Below, one piece after another: positions 12,792-24,700 of a DNA stretch of 64,000 nucleotides. A program made the translations under genes and the position numbers. This stretch comes from Takakia lepidozioides (lineage: Eukaryota > Plantae > Bryophyta), in the NCBI GenBank assembly GCA_030704615.1, contig CM060732.1, positions 45,570,001-45,634,000 on the forward strand, in the 5' to 3' direction. Each line of letters starts with the position of its first letter. Position 1 is the first letter of the stretch. The notes beneath the pieces were generated by a model that searched no databases, had not been told where the DNA came from, and saw nothing but the letters and a program-made list of their open reading frames with translations.

Positions 12792-15700
12792 TATCGGATT
12801 TTAGTCAGAATCTTACGCTGAAGTTAACCTGATCTGTTAACACATCCCAATTAACTTGCAGTTAACATTTTCTTGCTGTTAGTTACAGATAGGTTAGAGT
12901 TTGAATTTGCCCGCCAAAAGGTGTGGCTCTAGTTTACAGCTAAGTGTTCTTGACTGTTCGATGGCCTGAGTTGTTGATGATCAGAACATGTGCAACTCTC
13001 GCTGCTATGAGAGATATAAGTTTAAGATCACAATACTGAGAGATATAAGCTTAGTGAGATGGGCAGAATACATCGCATATGTGGATGTACAAGCAAAGTT
13101 TGATGCTGACTGTTTAAGTGATTTAGACCAGATAATGAGCAAGTCAGATTAGGTTGTGTAACGAGATCAGGAAATTCAATAGGTTATAGGTCCACGCTGC
13201 CTCTAACGTTGCGTCACAATGAGTATCAAGAGTGATATGAGAGAATTGGCTAATTTAGATAGGTTCAATGGACAAAACTTTCAGCTCTAGAAGTTTCAAA
13301 TGGTTATAATCTTCAAAGCCAAGAAGGTATTAACAATTGTGAATAGGATCGAGAAGAAAGAGAATGCAGATGATCCAGAAGCGTGGGATGAGAGAGATAG
13401 TATGACTACCATGTATCTAATTTCTTCAGTTGACAAGAAGTATTTGCAGCAGTTGCTTAACTGCAAAACAACAGCTCAAATGTGGTCTAGATTGATCACT
13501 TTGCATGAGCAGAGCGCAAGTGAGAATATTCACATGTTACAGCAAAGGTTTTCCAAGTATAAGACAAAGGAAGGAGATGATATAACAAGTCACGTGAATG
13601 CTGTAGAATCAATGGCTAACCAGTTGAACGATCTTGGTGAAACAACATCAGAGAGAGCAGTGATGACCAAAATTATTTGTAGTCTTCCACCTAGCTATCG
13701 CTACTTGATATATGTTTGGGATAGTGTCCCAAAGGATCAACAGACGGTTGAAATACTCACGGCCAGGTTACTGAAGGAAGAGTGTCTTAACAAAAAAAAA
13801 AGTGTGTCAACGAGCAAGTTGATAAGGTATTTTTTTGCTAACAAAACGGGAAGTAGTGGGAGCAAACCTTACAAAGTAAGTGCTAAGGAGAGACAAATCA
13901 GGATCGATAAGATTAATGCACTAAACAGAAGGACAAGATGTCATAATTGTGGACGGGAATTAGGACATTGGGAGAGTGAATGTCAAGAAGGATTATACTA
14001 AGAGTCAAGCAAATCAGACAGCCATCATAAGTACAACGTTCACAACTAACTCAGAGTTGACTTATGCAGAAGAAAATACGTGGTATGCAGATGGAGGTGC
14101 TACAGAGCACATGACTGTCGATAAAAGAGATTGGTTCACGTCTCTCGAAAATTGTGCCGAAAGGAAGGTGGCCAGTGCTGGTTGCTGAAAATCAGAAGAT
14201 CTGGGTTGAAGGTTTCAAAGACATTGAAATATTATGTCTGGTAAGCAATGTGTGGAAAAATGGAATTATCAAGAATGCCCTCTATGTACCGGAATTGAAG
14301 AAAAATTTGTTCTTCATCGGACAAGTTGCAGACAAAGACATTGTCACCATTTACAGTAAGACTGATTGTCAGTTAATTGATGCTAACGGTAAATGGAAGG
14401 TGGTAATGACAGGTTTGTGTGAAGGAAAGCTGTACAAATTACAGATCAAGGTCGTTACATCCAGTGACCAAGTGAGCATTGCAGTGGCAGCTACAACTCC
14501 AGATGATCTTGAAAGCTATTGTCCAAGTAGAGAAACAGAGGTTACCAAGAATCTTAGACTCTGGCACCACTGTATGGGACATGTACACTCTGCAATGATA
14601 AAAAAAATGTCAGTATCAAGAATCATGGTGGATGGTTTGACAGTTTCTGATCAGAGTGATGCCTCCGTATTTTGTGAGGGATGTGCTAAATTTGGAAAGC
14701 ATCAGATACAATCTTTTCCTGTCAATACTCACAGGGTTAAGGCAAGTAAATCAGGTGAACTCATTCATTCAGACGTCTGTGGACCTATGAGTACGAACTC
14801 AAAAGGAGGAGCTAGATTTTTTGTTACTTTCAAGGATGATCATACAGGATACCGAGTTATCTAAATTGCATAAAAAAAAAAACAGAAGTGTTTTCTTGTT
14901 TTCAAAAAATGTTGAGCCAAACGAAGAGAGCCACTGGACATGGTATCATGACATTAAGAACCGACAGAAGAGGTGAATACCTAAGTAAAGAGTTCTCGGA
15001 TTTCTTACGGAAGGAAGTGATATGTCATGAAACTACTGCTCTGTATACGCCAGCACATAACGACGTCTCTGTTCAAAGGGATAATCGAACTATCATGGAA
15101 AGCGCAAGAAGCATGATCCATTCCAGTGGTTTAGGTTTGGATGTACATTTTTAAATAGAAGTGGTACCCGCATGCTACAAGGAAAAACCCCTATCGAAGC
15201 CTGGACGGGACAAAAACCCTCAGTAGCTCATCTGCGAGTGTTTGGTTGTCCTGCTTATGCTCACATTCCCAAAGAGTTGCGTAGTAAGTTAGACCCTAAG
15301 AGCAGAAGGTGTGTTTTCACTGACTATTGTGATGAGAGCAAGGCATATCGCTTATGGGATGAGGAGAACCAAAAGATGGTTATTAGCAGGGATGTTTTGC
15401 TCGGTGAAGCGTCGGTTTATAAGAAATCGCTTGATAAGAATGTCATTAATTTAGACGAATCTCAGACTGAGAACTCTGTCTGCAATATAGTTGATCTATC
15501 AGATGACCATGAAGCAACAATCCCTGCTATGGCTCACGAAGAGCCACATGCTCATGAAGTAAACGAAGAGGACTATCCCCGATCTTCCAATACCTAAATT
15601 TAACAGTACACATTTACAGTGAACTCGAAAAGCTCCACAATGGTATGACGATTGGATATACCCATCGGCAGGAGCATATCTGATCGCAGCAATGGAGGAT

Positions 15701-17670
15701 GAACCTAACGATTACTGGGAGGTCATGAACTCTAGTAACAGTGGGAGGTGGATTGATGCAATGACAGAAGAATTTAGTTCTCTTCAACAGAATCAAACAG
15801 GGGAGTTGATGGATCTTTCTAAAGGCAGAAAAGCAATCCAATGTAAATGGGTGTACAAGCTCAAATTGAAATCAGATAGTACCATTGAAATGTACAAAGC
15901 ACGACTTGTAGCCAAGGGTTACTCCCAGAAATTTGGAATTGATTATTCAGAGACATTTGCTCTAGTGGCCAAATATGATTCCATAAAAACGGTATTAGTT
16001 GTTGCAGTAGCTCAAGACATGGAGCTCATTCACTTCAAGACTGCCTTCTTCTATGGTGAATTATTGGAGGAAATCTGTATGGCTCTACCCATAGGTTTCG
16101 AGCAAAAGGGAGCTAAAACTAAAGTCAGTCGATTTAAAAAGTGTCTGTTGGAATAACAAGTTCAATGATTTCTTGACAAGGTATGACCTAGTTCCTAGCT
16201 CTGCGGATCCCTGAGTTTACTACAATTGGAAAGAGCCCATGTTGATCACCACAATATTCGTTGATGATGGGCTAGGTTGTTGTGCCAACAAAGCCAAATT
16301 GGAGGACATGATTCAGCTCATGAGTAAAGAATTTGAAACCAAAACAGGAGATGCAGATTGTTGTGTGGGTCTTCATATCACACGTACTAACAGAGAGTTA
16401 CGACTCATATACATCGACCAGACACAATACATTTTAAAGATTCTTGCCAAATTTAGTTTTGAGGATACAAATGTTGTCTCTACTCCATCAGATTGCAATA
16501 ACTACTAAGCAACAGTCATGGAGATGATGATGCAGATATCATTTCATTTCCTTACAAAGAGATTGTTGGAAGTTTGATGTTTGCAATAGTTTGAAGGAGA
16601 CCAGACACAACATATTCAGTGGGCAATGTTGCAAAGTATTCGAGCAACCCACAGCAGATTCATTGCACAACTGTCAAAAGGATAATGAAATATATTAAAG
16701 GCACTGTACAACTCAAGTTATGCTATGGGGAAGCACTGGCAATGCCGATCTTACAGGTTAATGTGACGCAGATTTTGCTGGGGATCTTGATGACAAGAAA
16801 TCCCGAAGTGGATGTGTGATTTTCGTACATGGAGGACCTATTATCTGGACCAGCAAGAAACAACAATGTACTGCCAGTTCTACAACCGAGGCGGAATATG
16901 TGGCAGCTTTTGTTGCTACTGAGGAGATTTTGTGGCTTCGCATACTTCTGGACAGCGTAGGTTTCTCACAGAAAGAGGCTACTATATTTTACAGCGATAA
17001 CCAAAGCTGTATAAGACTTATCGATAATCCAGAGTTTCATAAGCGTACTAAGCACATTGATGTGCAATATCACATCGTACGAGAGCATCACAACAACCGG
17101 GAGATCAACATTCAGTACATCAGCACAAACGATCAAGTTGCTGATATCTTCACTAAAGCTCTCAGTCATGACAAGTTCCACAAATTCCGTTCTTTGCTTG
17201 GCATGCATAATGAACACTGAGTGGGAGTTATCCTGAAATGAACATTGTTCACTGTAATTTTGAGTGGGAATATTAGATTTTAGTCAAAATCTTACAGTGA
17301 AGTTAACCTGATCTGTTAACACATCTCAGTTAACTTGCAGTTAACATTTTCTTGTTATTAGTTACAGTTTGGTTAGAGTTAGATTTTGCCCGCCAAAAGG
17401 TGTGGCTCTAGTTTACAACTAAGTGTTATTGACTCTTCGATGGCCCGAGTTGTTGATGATCAGAACCTGTGCAACTCTCGCTGCTATGAGAGATATGGTT
17501 GATCACATTACTAAGAGATATAAGCTTAGTGAGATGGCAGAACACATCGCATATGTGTATGTACAAGCAAAGTTTGTTGCTGACTGTTTAAGTGATTTAG
17601 ACCAGATAATGAGCAAGTTAGATCAGAACAAGTCAGATCAGGTTGTGTAACGAGATCAGGAAATTAAATA
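12792..17670 (+). mobile_element. Full-length but decayed Ty1/copia LTR retrotransposon
   Basis: LTRs at 12792-13181 and 17271-17670; PBS-like GGTTATAGGTCCA; PPT GAGTGGGAA. Fragmented ORFs in copia order: gag with zinc knuckle CHNC-x4/5-H-x4-C, protease WYADGGATEHM, integrase HSDVCGP, RT YKARLVAKGYSQ/FVDD, RNase H SSTTEAEY/HKRTKHID. Many stops and frameshifts; imperfect TSD GCTGG/ATTGG. Confidence 0.95.
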
Positions 17671-18430
17671 ATTGGCCCATTTAACCATTCATGTCTCTTA
17701 CTCTATAAACCACTCGCAACAATGGTAACCACTGGCAAGTAGTTAATCTAGATGAAACGCCACGGTGGCATCAGATATAGTGGCTGGAAGTGGTTTCAAC
17801 CACTTACTACTCCACGTGTAATATTGTAATTTTTTATTTAGGATTTATCATTTGGTAATATAGTTGTCGTTTAGACCCCCTTGAGAAAACATGATTCAAT
17901 GGCAATCAAAGCACAACTTTGAGCAACAACAAATTGTGTCATGGACTAATGGGCTTCTGCTATAGGCCCTTCATTTTGCTAACCTGGTGAAGACGGAGGC
18001 AGCCATCACGGATCAATTGCTTGTGGGCTTGAACTACATTGGTGGTTATCATGAGCAAGGAAACAAATATGCCTCTCTGATTGATCAACAAAGATTAAGC
18101 CCAGGCTGAAAAATCTTCTAAGAATCTATCATAGGCAAACAATATTCCTTACATACCCATGCCGGAGCTCAAAAATATTCTAGGAATCCATCTCGGGATA
18201 TTGGAATCTTCACGAGCCTGGGGTTACAGAACGAGCCTCGCATTTTTTATGTTTCTATATCCAGGCCCATGTTCAAGGCAGCTCCAAAGTCGGCATTTTT
18301 CCAGCATTGCAAGCGAAACTCCATAGTGGGCTGAGGAGAGGGTTGTGGGACTGGATGTGGGTCTTGGGGAGTGTCAAGCCTGATGATAGAAGACCTTCTT
18401 TTTGGGCTGTAGATTTTGTGTCTATGACAC

Positions 18431-18543
18431 TTCCATAGTGACAGCGTCAAAGCTGGACTTGTACCAGATGTCATTGTGAACACTTGCCTTGGTGGACATG
18501 TATGGGAAGCAAAGGGAGTGTTCCACAATATGGCTCAACGAAA
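18431..18543 (+). pseudogene. Isolated PPR L-S motif relic of the local DYW-PPR family
   Basis: ccatagtgacagcgtcaaagctggacttgtaccagatgtcattgtgaacact...gtggacatgtatg...gcaaagggagtgttccacaatatggctcaacgaaa matches the 303-bp PLS unit, with indels. Confidence 0.75.
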
Positions 18544-19916
18544 GCATTTGTGAACATGTTATGGGACTTCGCTCTTTCTGGTGGCGGGGGTACTAAAGTG
18601 TGAAGGCTGGAAGCCATTTACAACCCTACAATTCAGCAGCGTTAGTGTGAAGGATTGGCATAACTCAATAAAATTTTCCAAATCAAAGTACTTAAGGGTG
18701 ATTGGTGATTGGGAAACAAAGTTACCCTTGAGAAATTTGACTTGGAAAATTTTGCTGAGGGTTTAAAGCGTAGCTCTATTGATACTGGCACGAAAAAATG
18801 TTCATTTCTGGGACTCAAGACTGATAAGCTTTGTGAGCTTTTTGATGCCTCATGGCAAGATTGCTACGGAAGGAGTTGTTTCTCCTCTGGCCTGCTTTGT
18901 GAGCTGGTGCTTCCCTTTCAAGAACAAAATTGCAGGGGTGTGATTACAACAATCACAAACATGGAAGCAATGAACATAGGCCTGCACCACATTGGTGCTG
19001 GATCCAGAAGAATCCTACCATTGGGTTTTTTTTGTTGTCAAATGAATTGTGGTGTTATGTATAAGGTGGTCTAGGAAGGTTTGTGGGCTGTTGCGACAAC
19101 TCCCCACTTTGGTTGCAGCTTCGATGTTTCCCATATTGTAAGCTTATGTGATGTGCTCTTGTTGAACTAAAGCCAGGGAGCTTGGAGAGACTATGAATGT
19201 CATATGAGTGTGAAAGACACTTATACTGTGTAGCTACACGACAAAATAACTTCTCGATCTAGATGCAGAGGTCTTCTGAAGATGTATTCATATCCAGTGA
19301 TTGTTTATAGGTTTCTGTATAAAACTACTGACCTACATACTCATGAGACAGAGACATGGCGATTGCTTTGATTATCAAGTCTATGGAAATCCTACGGAGT
19401 GCTCTCATTTGATGCTACTGTTAACTGCAAACCTGAGGGCTTAGTCTGAATCTTTGATACTAAGCCCTCAGTTATATTCACCGGTGCATATAACTTGCTT
19501 GGTCATTGCCATTCATTTTCACCATTGCATGTTACTTGTTCAGATGTGAGGGGGGATATCATGATATGGAACAGTACTGATATATATGTAATCAGTTGTG
19601 CCACAGCCAACTCCCACCCACTACAGCACTAGTTCTCTATGTCACTGGTCACCACTTAACCCTTGGTGGTTTGATGCTGACTGTAATATACACATGTTGA
19701 TGTTCCTAAGTTCAATGCCTGGCATGGAACCATGGTAGTTGTGACTGGTGATCATGTCCAGGGAAAACATTATTTCCCACCAGATATCTTAGGTACACAA
19801 GTTGTGGCCATCTGCCATTGTAACACTATTTCAGAGAAGATTTAGGATTCCAGTTTTCTGCTTATCATGCCGGAGGTACCGGGATAGAGGCTTGAAGCAC
19901 ATGGCAGATGAATTAA

Positions 19917-20718
19917 CCCTTAAAGGACGAGACCTCTTTTGGTGGGCCACCCCCAAAAGTGTACATACCTGCCTGTCTTGAGCTCTATCTTGCTACCCTG
20001 AATCATCCAAAAATTTGAACCTTACAAATACATTCCTGACTACCACATTCATCTACCCCCAGAAAATCAGGAAGATCCACCATTGGAATGGGTAGATTTC
20101 TAACAAAATACTATTGTGAATTTTTGAAGCCCACTCAAAAATTGCATGGCAAAAATGGTTTGACCAATAGATTCAAGTGTCGAGTTAAAATTTCTGAGGC
20201 AGATGCCCTCCATAATCTGATTATATGGCACCCAAGGGACTCTCTTCCCAAAAATTCCCAAAATACAAATAGGTTCTGATTATATGGCACCCAAGGGACT
20301 CTCTTCCCAAAAATTCCCAAAATACAAATAGGTTGCTTTGTACGTGAAATCTGGGGGATAAATTATCATGGTTTGGCTTCTTACCCAAGTACAGCCTATT
20401 TGTTTTCTAATTCCTCTAGTAGGTAAAGTGCACACTAACATTACATAGTGCCTTGTAAAACAAAATTGGCATTTTGATAAAATCTGAGCCCTAGATGTTG
20501 TTCGTCATTTGGCCTGCCACGTAGGCAAGTCAACGCTGGATTTCCCAGGGACCCCCCCCCTAGGGAGCAAAGCTTTTAATATTTCACAGCGCTTTCCCTC
20601 GTGTGCTTCTCCCTAGCCCCCTCACTTTACCTTCGGGCCCACTCACATCCACTAAAAGTGGATCGTGGCCTGACACGAGCAGAATTGACCCAATTCCGGC
20701 GGCGTCGGCGTTTAGGGA
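19917..20718. mobile_element. Second piggyBac-like non-autonomous element (802 bp)
   Basis: TTAA at 19913-19916 and 20719-20722; imperfect TIRs CCCTTAAAGGACGA versus reverse-complement TCCCTAAACGCCGA; internal cctgccacgt...gtcaac also present, inverted, in the 11468 element; internal 59-bp tandem duplication at ~20216-20333. Confidence 0.55.
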
Positions 20719-20755
20719 TTAAGCATTGGGACAGTACTTTCAGGCTGTATTCTAG

Positions 20756-21211
20756 GGCTCAGAATTTTGTGTGGCCTCGTCGTTATGAGGCTGGTCAGAC
20801 GACCGTCAGGCCGTCTCATTAATATAGGAGCAAACTACCTTCATGCGTCAAGGACTTAGAATTTTTTTGGCATATGAATTTTACAACTACCTCCATGCAG
20901 GTAGTTTTAGGATTTTCTACATGAAGGTAGTTGCCAAACCAGGCTGATAGTTGCATATCACCTCCATGGAGGTGGTTACAGTAAGCGCCAACCACCGGAA
21001 CTACGCTCAAGGAATGGAACCCAAGACCTGCATAGCCACATCGCCATTGACCTACCACCAGACCACAACAACAACAGCTTGACGTTTTTTTCGATATATA
21101 AGAGAAACAGGGGAATAGGGATCCTTTTAATGTAGGGGGGCCGCTGTCAGGTCCCTGTCCCCTCTGCACCGTGCGGCCTCATTAGGACGAGGCCACACAA
21201 AATTCTGAGGC
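20756..21211. mobile_element. Mutator-like MITE (456 bp)
   Basis: 9-bp TSD GTATTCTAG (20747-20755 and 21212-21220); TIRs of about 35 bp, G(G/C)CTCAGAATTTTGTGTGGCCTCGTC. Confidence 0.85.
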
Positions 21212-21799
21212 GTATTCTAGATGTTATCAACAACTTATCAACAACTTATCAAAATTTTCACGGTTCTAAGTAGAAGAGTTGCTCATTCATTACAAACCAA
21301 GCAGTGGCATGAGAGTTTGTGTGCTAGAAAAAGCGTCTTGTTCCTTGAAACTAACAAGTCATGCTGGAGAGTCCTTGAAACTTACAAATCATTAGCAATC
21401 TTGACCCATAAGATCATGATCTTATAGAAGGCCCCAAAATATTCCTGCATAATGGACTCTGGAGAGTCCTATGTCGTTCAAGAAAATTTGATTTCTTCGG
21501 GTCACAATTAATGCTTATCAATGAAATTATGAAAAGATAGTTCTCACATCGAATTGGACTTTGGTTGACCACCTGAAGCCTCCTATCTCAAATTATCCCT
21601 GATAACCGGAATAGCCCTCAGTTCAGTTGACAATCTATGTGAACTACAGACAATCATCCCAAGTCCTAAAAATCCTACAACCTCTCCCATCATTCTCATG
21701 TTCATAATCCATACGACCTCTAGTTTTTGATGCAAGGAAGGCTTTGGAGCAATATTTCAAAACAGTGCTTCAAAACCTTCCTTATGAAGATTGCTTTTA

Positions 21800-24700
21800 A
21801 GTCAAAATCCCCCCTTCACTCACTACCTGCTGCAGTCAAGTGCAATTATGGGCTGACTTGCTACCTGTGCTGGGTAGACCCCACTACCATATCCTGTGGA
21901 TATTCCACAGGAAATGCCCTCAACAATACAATATGGTCAATGTTGTCAGGTGGATGAACAGAGTAGCTACACAGATCAATGAATGAAGCAAGACACTCGC
22001 AATGTTTCCAGAAAACATTGGTTCACCAGTAATCCCCACAAGAACAAACCCCATCTTCAAAGTGGTGAAAGCGGTTAGCATCCCGTACAACAATTGCTCG
22101 GCCAACAATCTTTGAGATGAACTTCGTGGACATGTGGCAGTCACCACACACCCGAAGATTCTTGATGAGACGGAGAGGGGACCTAGGGGCCGTGCTGATT
22201 AGCCCAAAACCAAGGGCCAGCTTCTCACTGTGGTGGCAAAGAGAAAATTCCTTTTGCTCCTCCCCCACATCATGCAATACAAAGCGTGTGTCAGGCACAT
22301 ACCCTGCCTCTTTCATCTGCCCAGACAATCTTCTCAGCTCAGTATGGATTTCCTTAATTTTGGGATGCAATTTGTCATCTACAACAAAGGTGTGGACCCT
22401 GTTGCCAACCTCAATGCAGCAGCGACCTGGCTCCTTTCTAGCACCTCTGACATTCATCATTTTTCTCACCTTTGCACTATCGTCCCACCTGCCAGCTGCA
22501 GCATAGATGTTCGAGAGCAACACATAAGTCGCAGCATCCTGTTCATCCCACTTGAGGATAGATGTTGCCGCACGTTCAGCCATCTCCACATTGCCGTGGA
22601 TTCTACAGGCACCAAGCAAGGCCTTCCACACCACAGCATCTGGTTGAATTGGCATTTTATTAATGAGGTCCTCTGCCTCATCCAATCGCCCCGCACGTCC
22701 AAGAAGGTCAACCATGCAGCCAAAGTGCTTTACAGTTAGAGTAACATCGTGATCCTGACTCAGGGAATCAAAGTACCGTCTCCCTTCATCCACTAGGCCA
22801 ACATGGCTGCATGCAGAGAGAACACATATAAAGGTGATACTGTCCGGCTTCAAGCCTTCCATTTGCATTCCTTCAAATAGTTGCAGGGCCTCTCTATGAC
22901 AACCATGCTGGGCATATCCTGCGATCATCGCACTCCACGTCACCGCATCTCGATCGGCCATATTGTCAAACACTCCCTTTGCATCTTCAATGCTCCCACA
23001 TTTGGCATACATGTCCAATAGGGCAGTGTTCAGAATGACATCTGGTACAATTCCAGCTTTGATGATGTCACCATGGACCTCTTTGCCCTTCTCCAGGGCT
23101 GCCAGGTTTGCACACACACTGCAAACACAAACAAACGTGATGTGGTCAGGTGTCACCCCTTTCCACATCATTTGCTCATAGGTCTCCAAAGCCTCCCTCC
23201 CACATCCCTGCTGTGCACATCCTGCGATCATTGCATTCCACGACACCACATCTCGTTCAGCCATATTGTCGAAAACTCCCTTCCCATCTTCAATGCTCCC
23301 ACATTTGGCATACATGTCCAACAGGGCAGTGTTCAGAATGACATCTGGTACAATTCCAGCTTTGACAATGTCACCATGGACCTCTTTACCCTTTTTCAGG
23401 GCTGCCAGGCCCGCACATGCATTGCAAGCGCAAACAAACGTGATGTGGTTGGGTTTCACCCCTTCCCGCATCATTTGCTCATAGGTCTCCAAAGCCTCCA
23501 TTCCGCACCCCTGCTGTGCATATCCTGCGATCATCGTGTTCCACGATACCAGATTTCGTTCAGGCATAGTGTTAAACACTCCCTTTGCATCTTCAATGCT
23601 CCCACATTTGGCATACATGTCCACCAGGGCAGTGTTCAGAATGACATCTGGTACCATTCCAGCTGTGACGATGTCACCATGGACCTCTTTGCCCTTTTCA
23701 AGGGCTGCCAGGCTTGCACACGCATTGCAAATGCAAATAAACGTGATGTGGTTGGGCTCTACCCCTTCTCGCATCATTTGTTCATAGGTCTCCAAAGCCT
23801 CCCTCCGATGCCCCTGCTGTGCATAACCTGTGACCATTGTGTTCCAGGACACCACATCTCGTTCAGCCATATTGTTGAAGACTCCCTTTGCATCCTCAAT
23901 GCACCCACATTTGGCATACATGTCCACCAGGGTATTATTCAGAATGACATCTGGTACCAGTCCAGCTTTGACGATGTCACCATGGACCTCTTTGCCCTTA
24001 TCCAGGACTGCCATGCTTGCACACGCATTGCAAACGGAAACAAATGTGATGTGGTTGGGCTTCACCCCTTCCTGCATCATCTGCTCATAGGTCTCCAAAG
24101 CCTCCATTCCGCGCCCCTGCTGTGCATATCCTGCAATCATTGTGCTCCACGACACCACATCACGTTCAGCAATATTGTTGAACACTCCCTTTGCATCTTC
24201 AATGCTCCCACATTTGGCATACATGTCCACCAGGGTATTTTGGAGAATGACATCTGGTACAACTCCAGCTTTGATGATGTCACCATGAACCTCTTTGCCC
24301 TTGTCCAGGGCTGCCAGGCTCGCACACGCATTGCAAACGCAAATAAATGTGATGTGGTCAGGCGTCACCCCTTTCCACATCATTTGCTCATAGGTCTCAA
24401 AAGCCTCCATCGCACGCCCCTGCTGTGCGTATCCAGCAATCATGGTGTTCCACGAGACCACATTTCGTTCAGTCATATTGTCAAAAACTCTTTTTGCATT
24501 TTCAATGCTCCCACATTTGGCGTACATGTCCACCAGGGCAGTGTTCAGAATAACATCTGGTACAACTCCAGCTTTGATGATGTCCCCATGGACCTCTTTG
24601 CCCTTTTCCAGGGCTGCCAGGCTCGCACACGCATTGCAAACGCAAACAAACGTGATATGGTCAGGCTTCAGCCCTTTCCGCATCATTTGCTTATAGGTCT

